Shown: positions 1 through 13,359 of the stretch, piece after piece
How the letters are laid out: every line of letters starts with the position of its first letter
How positions within the stretch are numbered: position 1 is the stretch's first letter
DNA from: Klebsormidium nitens
Lineage: Eukaryota > Plantae > Klebsormidiophyceae
Reading direction: 5' to 3'
DNA length: 64,000 bases
Assembly: GCA_000708835.1 (NCBI GenBank)
Contig: DF237100.1
Span: 71,660-135,659, forward strand
Made by a program: the position numbers and the translations under genes
The notes under the pieces: generated by a model
The model's input: the letters and a program-made list of their open reading frames with translations, nothing else
Told to the model about the DNA's origin: nothing
The model's database searches: none

Positions 1-554
1 TGGGAAGTGTCCGGAATCGCTGTTCGAGAGTGTTTTAGAGCGGCTAATGGAGAGTCTCTGTGACGCTTGTTTGGGAAATCCATCGCTCCAACCTGGGACC
101 GGACGATGAGACCGCTTGTTTAGGTTCACGTTGGCGTACCTGGATTCTCCCAGTGTTCGGAGAGGGATTTTGGAAAAAGACTTCCTCGCAAAAGTGCTGG
201 AGTGATTCAAACACGATCAGGGCCTTGAGCTGATCCAAAACGACGATTGATCTCACGTCCAAATCTGGTCACTAGCGGAATCTGAGCAATCAGTGGCGGG
301 CTGTGGAACAGTCACGTCAACCTGAATGTCCGCTTTCAAGAATTACCCCCAGCTTGGAACGTCAATGCGTCAGCATTTGCCAAGGAATGGCATTTTGGAA
401 ACAACTCAGATGCCCTCTTTACAGAGTAAGATGCCTTCTCAGAGTCTACAAGGAGCTCGGGTTCAATTCACCTGAATCTTCTACTCGTTTCCTCCTGTGC
501 TTTCTCTGTTCTGCTTCTTAGACGATGTCTGATCGCTTCTTCCGTCCTGTACAG

Positions 555-3500
555 CCAGCACCACGCCCGAGGGATCCCCCCGGGACCCGGGCTTGTGGCA
601 GCCGGTGGAGCGCGCGCCCATTGACTGGTCGGCGTTCCGGGGCAATTTGGAGCAGGGCCCCAAGGAGAAGGGCAAGAACTGCTACAGCGACCCCGACATG
701 GAGGTCTTCCTGCTGCGGGGCATGACCTACTTCCAGGACCGGAAAAAGGTGCGCAGCGCTTGTGTTTGGTTGTGCGAGCGGGGCGGGCTGCCAGCCACAC
801 TGGATCACGAGTGGCTGAGAAGGCCCACATTTTGCAATATTATGACGATCTCAGAAGGAGACTGATCATTGATTCCATAAATTGCCACTTATGCAGATTG
901 CGGTGTCTTCCGTTAAAAAGGAGTTTTACGTGACTTGGCTGTCCAACAGCTTCCTATAGGGTGACCACGGTATTGCAATTTGAGGAATTCTCACACTCCC
1001 TGGTGCTGTGTTTCAGATACCAGCTGGTGAGCCTCTGCTCCGATTAGCAGCCGTCGATTGGCTCCGATCAACCGCGAGGATCGACCGGATAGCCCAGCGT
1101 CCCAATAACGCCGTCATGCAGGTGAGACAGTATTTGTATCCCTTCGTTCTTAGGCACCGTTCTTCACTAACCAGGCTCCCCCTTGATATTGGTGCATGTG
1201 GACTTTTAGGTTTCAGTCGCTCGAGAACTGATGTGAAATTGCCGCTCAACTGCTGTCCACGTCCAATACCGTACTTGCTTTCAAAGGGCAGATTGAATAT
1301 TTGAGGCGCTGGTAGTCGGCAACGCGCACTTTAACTCTGGCAGCCGCTACGCATTCCCTTCCTCGAAGCCCAACCTGTAGATCCGCGGCTTTCACATTTT
1401 GCAAAGCCTAGCGCTTGATGATGCAACCAGCCGTTCAACACGAGGGTGCTGTTGTGTCGGTGCAGGCGGCTTCGAAGGTGGACGACCTCTTCGCGATGAT
1501 CATCAACATGCAGGTGGACTATAAGAACCTTTCCTTCTTTCGTGCAATTCGCTGAGCAATGTCCAGCCGGATATACCTGCGGACCTTTTCAAAATGCGCT
1601 GCATCTCTTGCACGAAAGTCGGCCTCCAAAGGTTCCGGAGGGACTCTTTTGAGGATCATACAGAACGTTAGACGAGCTTCGTAGGAAATCCTTCGGTCAA
1701 TTTCTTTGCCCGGATGGACGTGGCGGCAATGACGTGATTGAAGCCTGTACTCAACAGCCTGTGACGCAGCTTAATAAGGCTGGCGCACATGCAATTGCAC
1801 GCTTGGTCGTACAGAAGGAGAAGTCAGACAGGGTGCAAGAAGACCTTCTTAGAGACGGGTTTCATCTAGATCAGTGCCAAAAGCTCGGTGTTCACGGCGA
1901 GTTGGGGTACCTTAAAGGGTGTTCACTCCTTCTTTAGATGATGCTTTTGTTCCAAACATTCGTGGGGTTTCGATTCTCGCAGCTCCCGGGCAAGACGCAG
2001 TACAGCATGGTTTTCTACTTTGTCTGCACATTAGACGACATCGAGCCGGGGTCCGTCCTGGATGGGTTCATAAAAGGCAGTGACGCGCACCGAAATAAGC
2101 GCTTCAAGTTCACGCCGCGAATAGCCGAGGTGAGGACTTAGAGAAGGTAACCTTAGAACAGGGGTCGCTTAGCTTGCTTCTTAGACGTCCTTTTCTCAGA
2201 GCGCATAGAGCGTTTGAAGGCAGTACTTCGGAAGCGGCGACGATTCAGTGCCTCGATCCACGGTTGATTAAGCGACGCTCGTGCACTATTCCTTTCCTCG
2301 AAAGCAGCCTTAGAAGATTCCCTGCGTGCTTCCTCTGCGTTTCCTTTGCGTGTTTCCTTTGTATTGAAGCCACCCAGGCTTATTGGGTGGGTTTTAGAAC
2401 CTGCGTGAAAATGTTTGTTGCTTTACTTGAGACTCTTGCTTGCGAGCCTGAGCACGCTACACTAGTCCTCCTGCGTTGATTGTTCGGTGTGGGTTCTGTA
2501 CGCTTTTCACGTCGAGCAGAGGATTCGACTAGCGGGTTAAGATTGGCTCAACGGAAACTTATGCTGGTGGGTTGCAGGGGTCGTGGCTCATCAGACAAGC
2601 GGTCGGGGAGCACTCCGTCACGGTAGCGGACGCACTAGGCGTCACGTACTCGTCAGGGAAGAACTATCTAGAGGTATGGCCACACGAGCGCGAAAAGCGC
2701 TTCTTGCTTGCGTTCGAGTCTGCAATGCAACCTGGTCTTCGCTTGCACCGAGAGGCTGACGACCGCACCTCCTGACTGCCGTTCGTATAAGAACACAGAT
2801 TCTGCGCGGACAGATCGTTAGACGGAGCGTACTCTGTTTGTTGCTCACGGGATCTTTTCTCAGTTGACCTATCTGGCGCGTGAAGTAATCACTTGGATAT
2901 GCGTAGATAGTACGACAGATTCGACCCTGCAGCGAATCGGCGAGGGACAACTGTCCCTTTTCCATGATACGGGCCCCGACCTTGCTTAACTCGTTGCATC
3001 TGCGCGTACACTCATCACGAATTTATCTGTCTACCCCGCACTTGAGATCACGCGCACTAAGCAGCAGCATCCACCCGGGTTGCAGGTGGACGTGAACATC
3101 GGTTCTTCGCCCATCGCGTCCAGTGTGTTTGGGCTGGTAATGGGTGTCATCACAAACGTAGTCATTGACTTTGCGTATGTCTTAGAGGTGAGCGTGGCCC
3201 TACGTCATTGGTTTTTCAATTCGTGGCGGTCCGATACACTCTGTTGAATGGTGCGGCGTTACTTCAACCGATCCCATGAGGCTTTTGCATTAGGTGTATT
3301 CATGAGCAGCTTAAGGCACGGGAGACGCGCGATCCCCCTTGCGCAAGCAAGCTTGACTCGTGAGCTTATGTTTTTCTGATGAGTAGGATTTTAGCATGCT
3401 TGGCAGGTTCCTACAAGCACTCAGCGTGCAACTGAACAGGTTCACGAAGGACGAAAGATTGTCAGCATTGTGTATCTGAAGAGATGCATCTCTATTTTTC

Positions 3501-3607
3501 TTGATTTGCAGGCGGTGACCGAGGACGAGTTGCCGGAAGAGTTGCTGGGCGCAGTGCGCCTATCTAGGTTGCAATTCTCATCGGCCGTCCAAGTCGATCC
3601 GCTTTGA
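555..3607 (+). CDS. EDR2-like C-terminal domain (DUF1336) protein, 5' end not resolved in the window. Exons 555-748, 1017-1121, 1466-1513, 1983-2129, 2578-2673, 3086-3187, 3512-3607
   Basis: GT-AG exons join in frame: ...CYSDPDMEVFLLRGMTYFQDRKK|IPAGEPLLRLAAVDWLRS...|...MIINMQ|LPGKTQYSMVFYF...RNKRFKFTPRIAE|GSWLIRQAVG...NYLE|VDVNIGSSPIA...DFAYVLE|AVTEDELPEELLGAVRL...stop. These motifs are characteristic of the EDR2 C-terminal domain. Confidence 0.9.
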
Positions 3608-4627
3608 TGATGTTCTCTTCAATCTAAACCTTGTAGTAGCCTTCGAGAATAGGGGCAACATCGTAAGTGAGGTTGAAGAGACCACAGCTGTCGACGACAT
3701 GAAGGATTGCCACTGGCTGCGAATGAGAGGGCGGTCGACTCCTTGATAAGGACATTCAGATAAGAGTGAAGGCCAAACGAGGAGTACTAAGCAGGTACTT
3801 TTACATCGGGGAGTTGAGACATCGAGGCGCTCGATTCTCCTGTCGAAAATTCAATCAGACGAATCCCGCTCATTTATGGCGCGTGATCCGAATCGGATGG
3901 CGTGGATCGAAGGACATGTAGTCGAGTCTGCATGCCATGAAGGCGGCATGCTCAAGCTGCATGCACATATGCGCATATGATAACCAATTAAGGGCCACCC
4001 AGAGCTCCCCAATAGTGCTGCGATATACATCGGATCGTCGAATTGTGATCGCTGTAAGTTATCTAGTCGCGCGCTACATGGAGCCAAGTGCGCATTTTTT
4101 GTTCTGGCGAGCCCGCGGGCGCTGAGAGCTCCGTGCATGGGTTGAGAGCCAAATCTCAAAACAAGCTGAGCGCTATACGAGCATGTACTTTGACAGTCGG
4201 AAGCCGCATACTCAGACATGGATAAACGTCATATCCTTGACACAATCATGCAAGGTCCTCCAGAGACCGGCAAGGAAGTAGACGAAGAGCTATTTTCAAT
4301 ACAGGGTTGTTAGATTGAAGTGCGTATCACTTAGATTAAGACTTTCATCTCACGGAGTGAGTCCCCGCTTGCGTAACGTTAGCAGGCCAACAAATTAGTC
4401 GACGCCAATAATGTTACAATGAACCTAACTACAATAATCCAGGCTCAGAAACTAGCCAACGAACTTCCCAGCACATCGTCGGTACGACAGCTCTTTCACT
4501 TGTGTTCCAAAATCGAGAACCCATTCTGATCTTGACCCGGCTCCTCTCTGGACCTTTTGTACAGGCAGCATGACACAATCAACAATTAAAATCAACATCG
4601 ACCAGAACCGCCAAGTTTGGCCGTCAT

Positions 4628-7214
4628 CTAGTTCATGGCGGCCACCTTCTGCCAGGAGGGGCGGCTGGAGATCCTCTGCCACCAGGCCCACACGTTGGGG
4701 TACTTCTTCAAAACAACCTCGCCGCCCCCTTTGTTGACGTAATAATCTGCCCAGCAACGAGACAGTAAACGGGTGATGTCACCTTTGAGAGTCAGTGTGA
4801 AAGACCAGCGGACCGATGAAGGCTCCACAAACGTCGGCAAACCTACGTCCAGAATCTAGTTTTGCACCTCCAGCCTGCCAAAAGGTGCTCAGAGTGGCTA
4901 GCAGTGTTCCGACAGGCATACCTGTGTTGGGAAGGTGGGAGAGATCAGCGGCGGAGAAGCTGGAGCCGTTGAGGTATTCCTTGTCGGCTAGGTGAGCGTC
5001 GTATACAGCGAGCACCTGCGCCGTGAAACAGAGCTCTATAAGTGCACAGAGCCAATGAAGGGCAGATGAAACTCTGGCAGAGTATTTCCGTTTCTCATTC
5101 AAGGCAGCGGCATTCTGGAGGCAAGCCGGCATCTTGATCTGCAAAATGAACGGTTTCATCTACTCTGAAAATGGAAAAGCGTTTGCTTCCAGCTTGAAGT
5201 TCGCATCGTTCACTTGGGGCAGAAGGGGTTTGTCGACATCAGGACGCTTCTATTAGCCCGCTCGAAACGGACGCCGAAAGTAACGATGCCGCTCGTCAAG
5301 GTGACGTCAGCGGTTCATATTATCTGGCCGAAACAAGGTAAGAGGGCCGCAGTTGTTTGAAGTATTGGCAGGCCCGTGCGGAAAGTTCTAGGTGTCACAA
5401 AGAGCACTTTCTCGACGGAACAGCCTCACCTTCTCAAGTTTTGTGGTCTCTTGAGCAACAATAGCCTCGTCCGCCTGTTTTCCATGCATGGCTCTGAATA
5501 CTCTTTGTGCGACTATCACGCTGATTGGAGGATCGTAGTTTTGGCTCTCAACCTGCAAAAATGTCCACGTCGGTTGATTCTGGGTTGACCTGGGTTTGTG
5601 GGATACATGCAGCTTTAGTCTGGATCACTCAACCGCATCGAATCGATCAGTGTTTGCACTCATCTCAACCAACGAACAAGTCCACTTGTTCGGACCAGGT
5701 CGGATGTACGGTATTGCGGACACAGCACACACTATCAGCAGTCGTCAAACAAAGGTTATATCCTCTCTTCGTCTGGCTCACTGTACAATTAAAGGCAGGA
5801 GAAGAAGTTTTGCGATTAGCCCAGACGCTTTACATTGTAGCGTTGTCACGCGCTCTGTTTCATTCGCAAGGTCGTGGAGCAAAAGCGCACCTCAGTCCAG
5901 GTATCAGTGAGGGCCTTCTCAGCGGCGGTCTTGCCCAACAAATCTGTTCCTTGGCTGGCCCATTTGTTGGCAATATACCTATATGACAACGGGCCACATT
6001 TGGTAATAGCCCTCAGTCCAGGCAGAAGGATGGCCCCTTTGGTAAGGGCCCTTTAACTTATACATATGGAAGGGCAAGGAATGTAACTGACGCCATCAAA
6101 AACTTTTGCTAAGTTCTTCATATTGTGAATGTTAAGAAAGGCAATGGGACCCAAAGTAGAGCCACCCGAACGTGTTGATCAAGCAACCATACAGTAGACA
6201 TTGCAACCCACAGCGAGGAAGGACCCACATGGCAAACACTGCGACACCTCCACAGGTTTCAATCCAAGCAATCTCCTATTGATTATTTTTCTACAGGCCA
6301 TGAAAGGGCAGCCTACCTGACGATCGCCCTGGTTTCAAACATCTTCACATCGCCGTCCTCCAAAGCAGGGACTTGACCAAAAGGTTGCCTGGCAAGGTGT
6401 GCAGGCTGCTTGCCCTCTCCCTTTGTGACGTCTACAATGACGAACTTATAGGGGACATTTTTCTGGGGGATGAGAAGGGGCACCGATAAGGAACACTGAT
6501 GAGCGCACACTGAGAGAAGGTTCTGCGCACTTATGGTGGACCTTACGCCTAACATATTTATGATGGTCTTACCCCTGAAATATTTTAGGTTGCGGATGTG
6601 CAGAGTCAGCTGGCATGTTAAACGTCATCAAGTTAGACAACCAAAAAGTCATCGAATCACGTTTGTGACTCGTTGCTTCTGTGTAATTTTTTTGCAGATC
6701 AGCTTTAATGTCTGACCGTAAGAGACTGCAAGTGTGTGGTCTCAAACTTAATCAAAGAGTAGCCCCTCCTCAATCAATGACAAATCAGTCGGATAAGCCC
6801 AATAGGAAGGCAATGCTGCTGGCCTTACCTCCTCTAGTGCTGTCATCACCGTTCTGGTGCAGGTGCTCAAGTATCTGGATAGAGGAATGGGTAGAACAAG
6901 GACTCTGAATCCTCACATGTAATGTCTCAATACAGAACCTAGACTTTGCAGCAGACTCAAATTGGAGGCAGACAAGACATGTGTAGCTTGTCCACTGGTG
7001 ATTCCAACCAGCAAGATAATGCATTAGGCACACATTTCGGCATTCCGGCAGTGACACTTACACAATCACAAGGGCACCCATACATGATGAACAGCTACTT
7101 ATTGGATGATTCAATAGCAGAAAAAGCGATTTTGGAGACAAAGTGTCGGCGCATTCAAACCATGATTGAAAGAATCACTTACATTCCATAAAGGGTGACC
7201 GTGACTGGCGCCAT
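4628..7214 (-). CDS. GSTF: Phi-class glutathione S-transferase, 215 aa. Exons 7214-7183, 6874-6829, 6462-6317, 5978-5891, 5552-5430, 5015-4922, 4746-4628
   Basis: Seven exons total 648 nt and all phases match. Protein: MAPVTVTLYGIYLSTCTRTVMTALEEKNVPY...[30 protein letters not shown]...TWTEVESQNYDPP...YDAHLADKEYLNGSSFSAADLSHLP...YPNVWAWWQRISSRPSW. These are typical Phi-class GST motifs. Confidence 0.93.
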
Positions 7215-7748
7215 CTTAAGAACTTGTAATCTCACAAGCTGCACGCAGCAGTTGAAGGAAGATCAGTAGGCAAAACTGGCAAGACTTTGCAGATGGAGAG
7301 GCGCTTGCTGCTCCTCATGGAAGGCTTGGGGCAAGAGACGTAATTTGAGCTCGATCTAGAACAATATGGCACATTTGCGGAAGATATTGAGTCTGCTGGC
7401 GCGGTCACTCGTCAGATTGAATGATGGGCAAGGCGCTAAACGTTGACGGAGGCTGGCGGATGCTTTGGTAGCAGACGTCACGTTGGGGCTGCTAGCTGGG
7501 AATCCTAAATTCCGCCCGCTGTCCAGAACGCCGAGCACCCGTTTGCCCGCTCGGCCTTACTTGTGAGTGTGCCGGTCACCCTCAACTTTCAAGGCTCAAC
7601 AGCGGGCGCAATGGTGCACGATCGAGCACCGGTAGGTGGCGCATATCATGGCATATGGCATACAGTATTACAGCGGTCCGCCGGCCGCGGGCACTCGTGA
7701 CGGTACGACAGTACGGACGGTAGTACCGTCGTTCAGTTGCCCTGCAGT

Positions 7749-7772
7749 CACGTGCAGTGTGCACAGCACGTG
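7749..7772. promoter_or_regulatory. Two G-box (CACGTG) elements upstream of the GST gene
   Basis: CACGTG at 7749-7754 and 7767-7772, about 540 bp upstream of the GST ATG (7214). Function is inferred only. Confidence 0.3.
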
Positions 7773-9110
7773 CACAGCGCGGCCGAGGCCTGTTTCCCGT
7801 GCGGAACTGCCGGCTGGAAATCGGAATCCGCGGACCGTGTTCCGGAACCTCGATGTCAGCTTTGAGAGATGAACTGATAGCTTGAAAAGAAGTGACCACA
7901 GCATGGGATTACCGTAGTATCAAAGTATGGGTTATACCGGGAACCCTGCATATTGATTCCCACTCTCTTCAAATCATTCCCTCCGACGTACTAATACTCA
8001 TTGATGAGTTATCGAGGCTTGCTGCACGATAGAGATTTCAACGCAAACGATTGACTGCCATGCAATTTGTGCTGAGATTTCTGATCCTGCGGCTAGTGTC
8101 TCTTACACAGTCATGTGTCACCACAGGTGCAGGCCCAAATGTAAAGTTCAAGTCAGCAGCGACGTATGCCAAGAAATCTGCATGATTGAATTCACGATCG
8201 GAATCTCAATCGGTGGCCACATGAACACCTATCGTGGAACCATGAACCCAATCCCAATGTTCCGATGAAGCGTACATGAGCGCTATGTCTTACAGTGGTA
8301 AGTGCACAACAAGAAGCATCACATGGTGGACGATCAGAGGTGAGACAAGCTAGCAATTGGCAACCTTCAATACAGCTTTGAATCTCAATCTATAGGTCTA
8401 GCACTCAATGGCACTCTAGGCAGTAGCGTGTCCAATGACCTGTTTTATATCGTACATTTCCTGCTCTACATCATAACTCTGCAACCTAGACTGAAACCTA
8501 CGATGTACCAAACTGGAACCCAGCACAGCCACCTCTAAAGGACTGGAAACGAGAGATTGCTGGCAGCTGCACGGTGGTTGCCAACAGTGCGCTACTCACA
8601 TGACAGGTCACAGTACCCTCACAAAGCAACACAACAAAAATGACAGCGCATTCCTTAATCCGACCACTCTGGTGGAGGCTGCAGTGTTTAACAGCCCCTA
8701 ACTAATACCTCATTTCTGACTCCGGTTTGCTTTTTCTGTGCACGTTGTCTGCACACCAGCCACCGTTTGCACGTCCTCCTCCATGCCCCACAAACCACTT
8801 TTGTCACTTCCAATGGTTTGAACTCCGTCAAACAACCTGGTTTGAGGATCTTTCCTGCCCCAAAAGCATCGACCGCCACACATGCACCCCTTGCGGTCAA
8901 AGAACGTCTTTCGCTCCGCATCCCATCCCGGCAAATGCTCTCACCCCATGCTGCCGCATAGCACCCGTTCCCGTACTGCTCTGTCTGTCTGCTGCCGACC
9001 ACCTCCTCTTTCCCTCCGATTCTGCACCCCTCAAGTCAATCAAGTCGGCTTCCTTCACCTCACCCCCCCAATGAGTAGGCCCCTGCTCTTTCCTCGATCT
9101 CCAAAGAAAC

Positions 9111-12100
9111 TCAGAAGCTCGGCGCTTCACCGTCCAGGGGGGTCTTTGACCAGCTCCGCTGACTGCCGGTCCCCTCCGCCTGCCCCCCGTTGCCACAGCC
9201 CCTCTTGCCGAACGTCCCCAGCCCGTGCAGGCTGAACGTGCAGTTCAGATCCAGGCGCAGCTCCACCCCCCGAGTATAGTGGCCCAGCAACATGCACCTG
9301 CAGACCGTTGATAGGGCTGACTTTGAGCAACTCTCTCTGGTAGCGGATCCTCTAAATTGCTTGCTCGAGTAACTTTGATGTATGGAAGAGCAGCCTGCCT
9401 CCCTCGATTAAGGGTTCACAGTTATGCCCAAAGTTCCACGCAAGGACTTGTAGTGTAAGCCCAGGAGAAACGGAAGGGGCAGAGGTGATCAAATGAAATA
9501 ATGAGAGGCATGACCTTTGAAGCCTTTAAAGCTCACGTACTCTCCAAGCCGCGCGCTTCTCGCTCACTTGGAAAATCTATCAGAGCATTGCATTTCGCAG
9601 CCTCTCATTCTCAGTCCCTGCTAAAAGCGCTGGCACTGGGAAGTCCAACTTCTAACGTTGAAAGCTCTCCAAAGTACCTCAAACGCACTCTCTTCATCCC
9701 ACCTTAACACAGGGCCACAAACAAGCTCAATACGAACTCTACAAGAGTGCACCAGCTCTTTCTTGGACCCTTCCCTGCCCAACCCCTTGCTAAATCCCCT
9801 GACAACCTGCTCTGGTGTCTCTCTGACCAACTCCTACACCCATCTGCACATTCTGTTGCAAAAAGGCACTGAGAGCCACTGCAGCAGAATGGTCCTCACC
9901 AGAACAGCAGCCTCGCCAGATAGTCCCTGCTCGCTGTCACCGTCTGCTGGAACTCAAGCCCCGGCACCTGGGGGGACGCCCCAAGCCCCTCCCCCATCAC
10001 GGCCCGCCTGGTCTCCCATCCCCCCCCACCTGCCCTCATCCCCGCCCCCCCATACGCACCCCCCCTCGGTGCCCCCGCCTGCTGACTTGGACCCAGATTG
10101 CCCAGCAGGCCATCAATAACCGCGCGAATCGCTTCTTCGACATCGGGGGTCCCAGGTTTTGAAAGCTCCGCAACTTTGTCTGCCTCCAGAGAGCGGAGGT
10201 AATCGAGGAGAGCGTTCCCCTCATCCTCGCCCGTAGGTGGGGGCACTGGGGTCACACCTTCCATCTTGAGGGCTGAGAGGGTCTTCTCCGCAGAAGACAG
10301 GGCCTGCAAGAGGATCGAAAACAATCAGTCTTCTAATAGGGAGGTGCGTCCTCTTTCTTGAAACCAACACCCCTTGAGCTGGAACCCAGAAGTGCTTGGA
10401 AGCAGCAATCGTACTGTAGGACCTCAGCTTGTATACAGAGGGGAGGACCCAGAAGTGCACCGGAAACATTTTGAAAGTGAAACAGAATGGGGCCTGTCAG
10501 ATGAGAACCCATCTGGTTTTCACAAGCTCCTCAATGATACACATGGGACATACGCTACTCGATGCTGCTCCAGGAGAATTGAGGTTCACAAAGAAGAAAG
10601 CAGTTGCTCCTCACATCTTGCGTTTCTGCCAGCTTGCTCTGCAGCTTCCGCACGTATTCCGCAGCCTCCACAGGCAAACCCTCCAAATCCATTCCAATCA
10701 TCCCCACTTCTTCCAGTTCCTCCTCCCCCTCGCTGCTCCTCAATTCTACCCCCCCTGCGGCAACCTCTGCTTGACGGCTGTCGTTGTCCAGTGCCAGGTG
10801 TCCATCCACTTCAGGGTGTCCACTGACTGGCACTGATTCCAGGGGGGGTGCCCCCTCCTCTCCACCGTCCGACTCCCAGGAGCGCTGCAGGCTGAGGCGA
10901 TACTCGGCATTCCGCAAAGTGTAGCTGCAAATGAAAAAAGTATGCGAAAATTCAACAATAGAAACAAAAGACTCTCCTGGCCTCCAAGCCAACGCAAGGG
11001 GCTAGGAAAGAGTCAGTCAACAATTTTTCCATCAATCTGGAGTGCCTTTGCTGATTTCTTGTGGCAATGTCAGGACACCCGAGGCAGGTCTGATTAGTTT
11101 TCGGCAACTCAGGCTTGTCACGGCTGCCAGCTTCTAGGGTCAATCAGAGAGTTGCTTACTTCAACTCCAGTTCACATGGGCACCTTAATGCTTTGCAGCA
11201 CATGACAGCTGTCAGTGGCCCAGAAAGGACGAGAGTGGGAGCAAACCTGCCTCTGTGTTTCAGTCGCATCGGCAGCCTGCTCCAGACTGCTCCGAGTGAC
11301 TCTTAACTGCATCATTCGAGGAAGGGGTCAGAACGCTGGCTCATGGGAGCACAGCAGGGGTTAGTGTGTTAACCGGGGTTTAGTATGTCCGGACCTGAGG
11401 CCCTGTGCGGGCGAGGGTCGTCACTCACCCAGTCATCATGGAGGAGACCAGCAGCCGCGCCAGGGCCTCCCGCTCCGTCTCCACAATCACACTGAACTGG
11501 TCCGAAGGAAGGAGCCCCAGCATCCCAGAGATGGTGCGCTTCATGGCGTCCATTGCGTCGGACGAAGCGTCCTGCGCTAGTTGCTGGATGTCCAGGGGCT
11601 CGATCTGGAGGATGATGTCGCGCAGCACCGACGGCATGTGCTCCTGCACAGGAGAGGCAGTAGGACGTCCAAAGTTTTGACTCTGAACCTCGATTGGCAT
11701 GATAGGAAACTGAAATCCTGAAGGAGACGGAAAACTTCAAGAACCTAAGCAGCAATGCACTGTATGGCTTGTCAATGAGCCAAAGCAAAACCTCATCAAC
11801 ACTAGGGCCGAAACCTGGAGGTAATCGGGCACCACAGGCGAGGGCTACTGCAGGCTGAAATTAGAATGGCCACAAGCGAAGGGCAATCAATGAGGAAGTT
11901 ATCGCAAAAGATACGACCAAGAAGTACATGGCTCAAGCAGCCTGCAGAGCAGATTCGGAAAGAACACTACTGTTGAGGTGCAGGTGTTAATGAGGAGGCG
12001 GAGTAGCAGGCAAATCTATTCTGCTCTAAGACAATCCCAGATAAGCTTGTTGTCTCGATCACGGTCAGATGAGTCCCCATTACAGGCTAATCAAAGATTC

Positions 12101-12778
12101 AGAAACCATGGACCTACGGCAATTGCTTTGAAACACTTCAGCGTCCTCTTGCAGCCAAGCATCCAAGCTCTCAGCTGTGAGCATGCTCTGGATGTACAAG
12201 AAATGCCAGAGCGCCTTGCCAGAAGGGCAGGCTGCCAGCTGTTTTTCGTCATCAATCTTGAAATGCTTCAACCATCCAACCCTACACGATATGGGCCAAA
12301 GCGCATAAATATGAAGATCGAACACCTTATGCAAGCAATTCACAATCCATTCAACAGTATCCTACAGGAATAGTATGCGGGAACTCACCGATCTGTACGG
12401 CATCCTCCCCGTGAATGCAAAGCTGTTGGGTGTCCGCCTCTCGGAACCATCCCAGAAACTGTCACCAACTCCCCGCAGCAGGCACCTCACTTTGGACCCC
12501 TCGGCCCGCTGCTGTTCCCGCGCTGACCTAAATATACCTACTGACGACTCCAAGGACCCCATGTGCAGACATCCATTTCCAGACTGGCCCCTCAGCAAGT
12601 CTACCTTTAGCCTTGATTGTCTCGCGCCTGCATGGGCCCGAGGGGCGACATCCACAGCTGTCTTTCCGCAGCACCCCGCCTGCGACGTAGAGCATGCACC
12701 GCCCGATCTCCGCACGGAAAACTGTTCTGTGCCACGCCCCAGCTGTGCCATGCCCCCCACATACGCGGAAGACGCCAT
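9111..12778 (-). CDS. Double DUF760-domain protein, probably plastid-targeted. Exons 12778-12389, 11643-11429, 10924-10615, 10303-9900, 9297-9111 (an extra exon in 11644-12388 is not excluded)
   Basis: Ser/Arg/Ala-rich transit-peptide-like N-terminus. Conserved blocks: IILQIEPLDIQQL...AMDAMKRTISGMLGLLPSDQFSV...LLVSSMMTG|YTLRNAEYRLSLQRS and NALLDYLRSLEADKVAELSKP...SRDYLARLLFW|CMLLGHYTRGVELR. Splice phases are consistent. Confidence 0.88.
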
Positions 12779-13359
12779 AGTGGACACGAGGTCTAATCAA
12801 AGGCTGCGGCTGTGGCCCTGTTGCAGCGACTCCCTCGTCGCTTGAGGCCGCCGCACCGCCCCTGTTCAAGGTCCCCTGTCAATGTTCATCATTGCTGGCT
12901 TGGCAGGCACTGAAGTTCGAACAGAGAAGGCGCACGCGGCTTTCCAAAATTTCCAGCGCAAGATCTCAGCCACCGAAGGTGATTGTTTATTGGCGACCAA
13001 CACGGTATTCGAAATCCAGATTGACGGGTAACCAACGTTCCACGCCATCCTTGATCGTCATCTGACGGCTTTAAAGATGCCAGTGTGGCATGTGGGCCGG
13101 CCTTCCAAAATCCTGGAAGCGATCGCTTTGACGTGATTAGAAGATATTCAGAAATCCGGGGGGTGAGCCTGGAGCCTGAATCTTTACCCCCGTTCGTCGA
13201 TGCTTTTGAGGAAACCCTTACCGCCACATTGCTATTGAGAACCGTTACCATGGATGATCATCTGAGCATCTGAGAGACTGAAAAGCTCAGTCTCTTCGTT
13301 TGCAGAGCTCCAGACTCCAGACTCCAGTCCACTTTCGTTACATAGAAACTTGAGGCGTC

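Noticed and set aside
1-520. Short ORFs 44-262 (-) and 303-521 (+)
   Set aside because: No recognisable motifs, and the plus frames are closed by stops. Most likely intron or upstream sequence of the EDR2-like gene.
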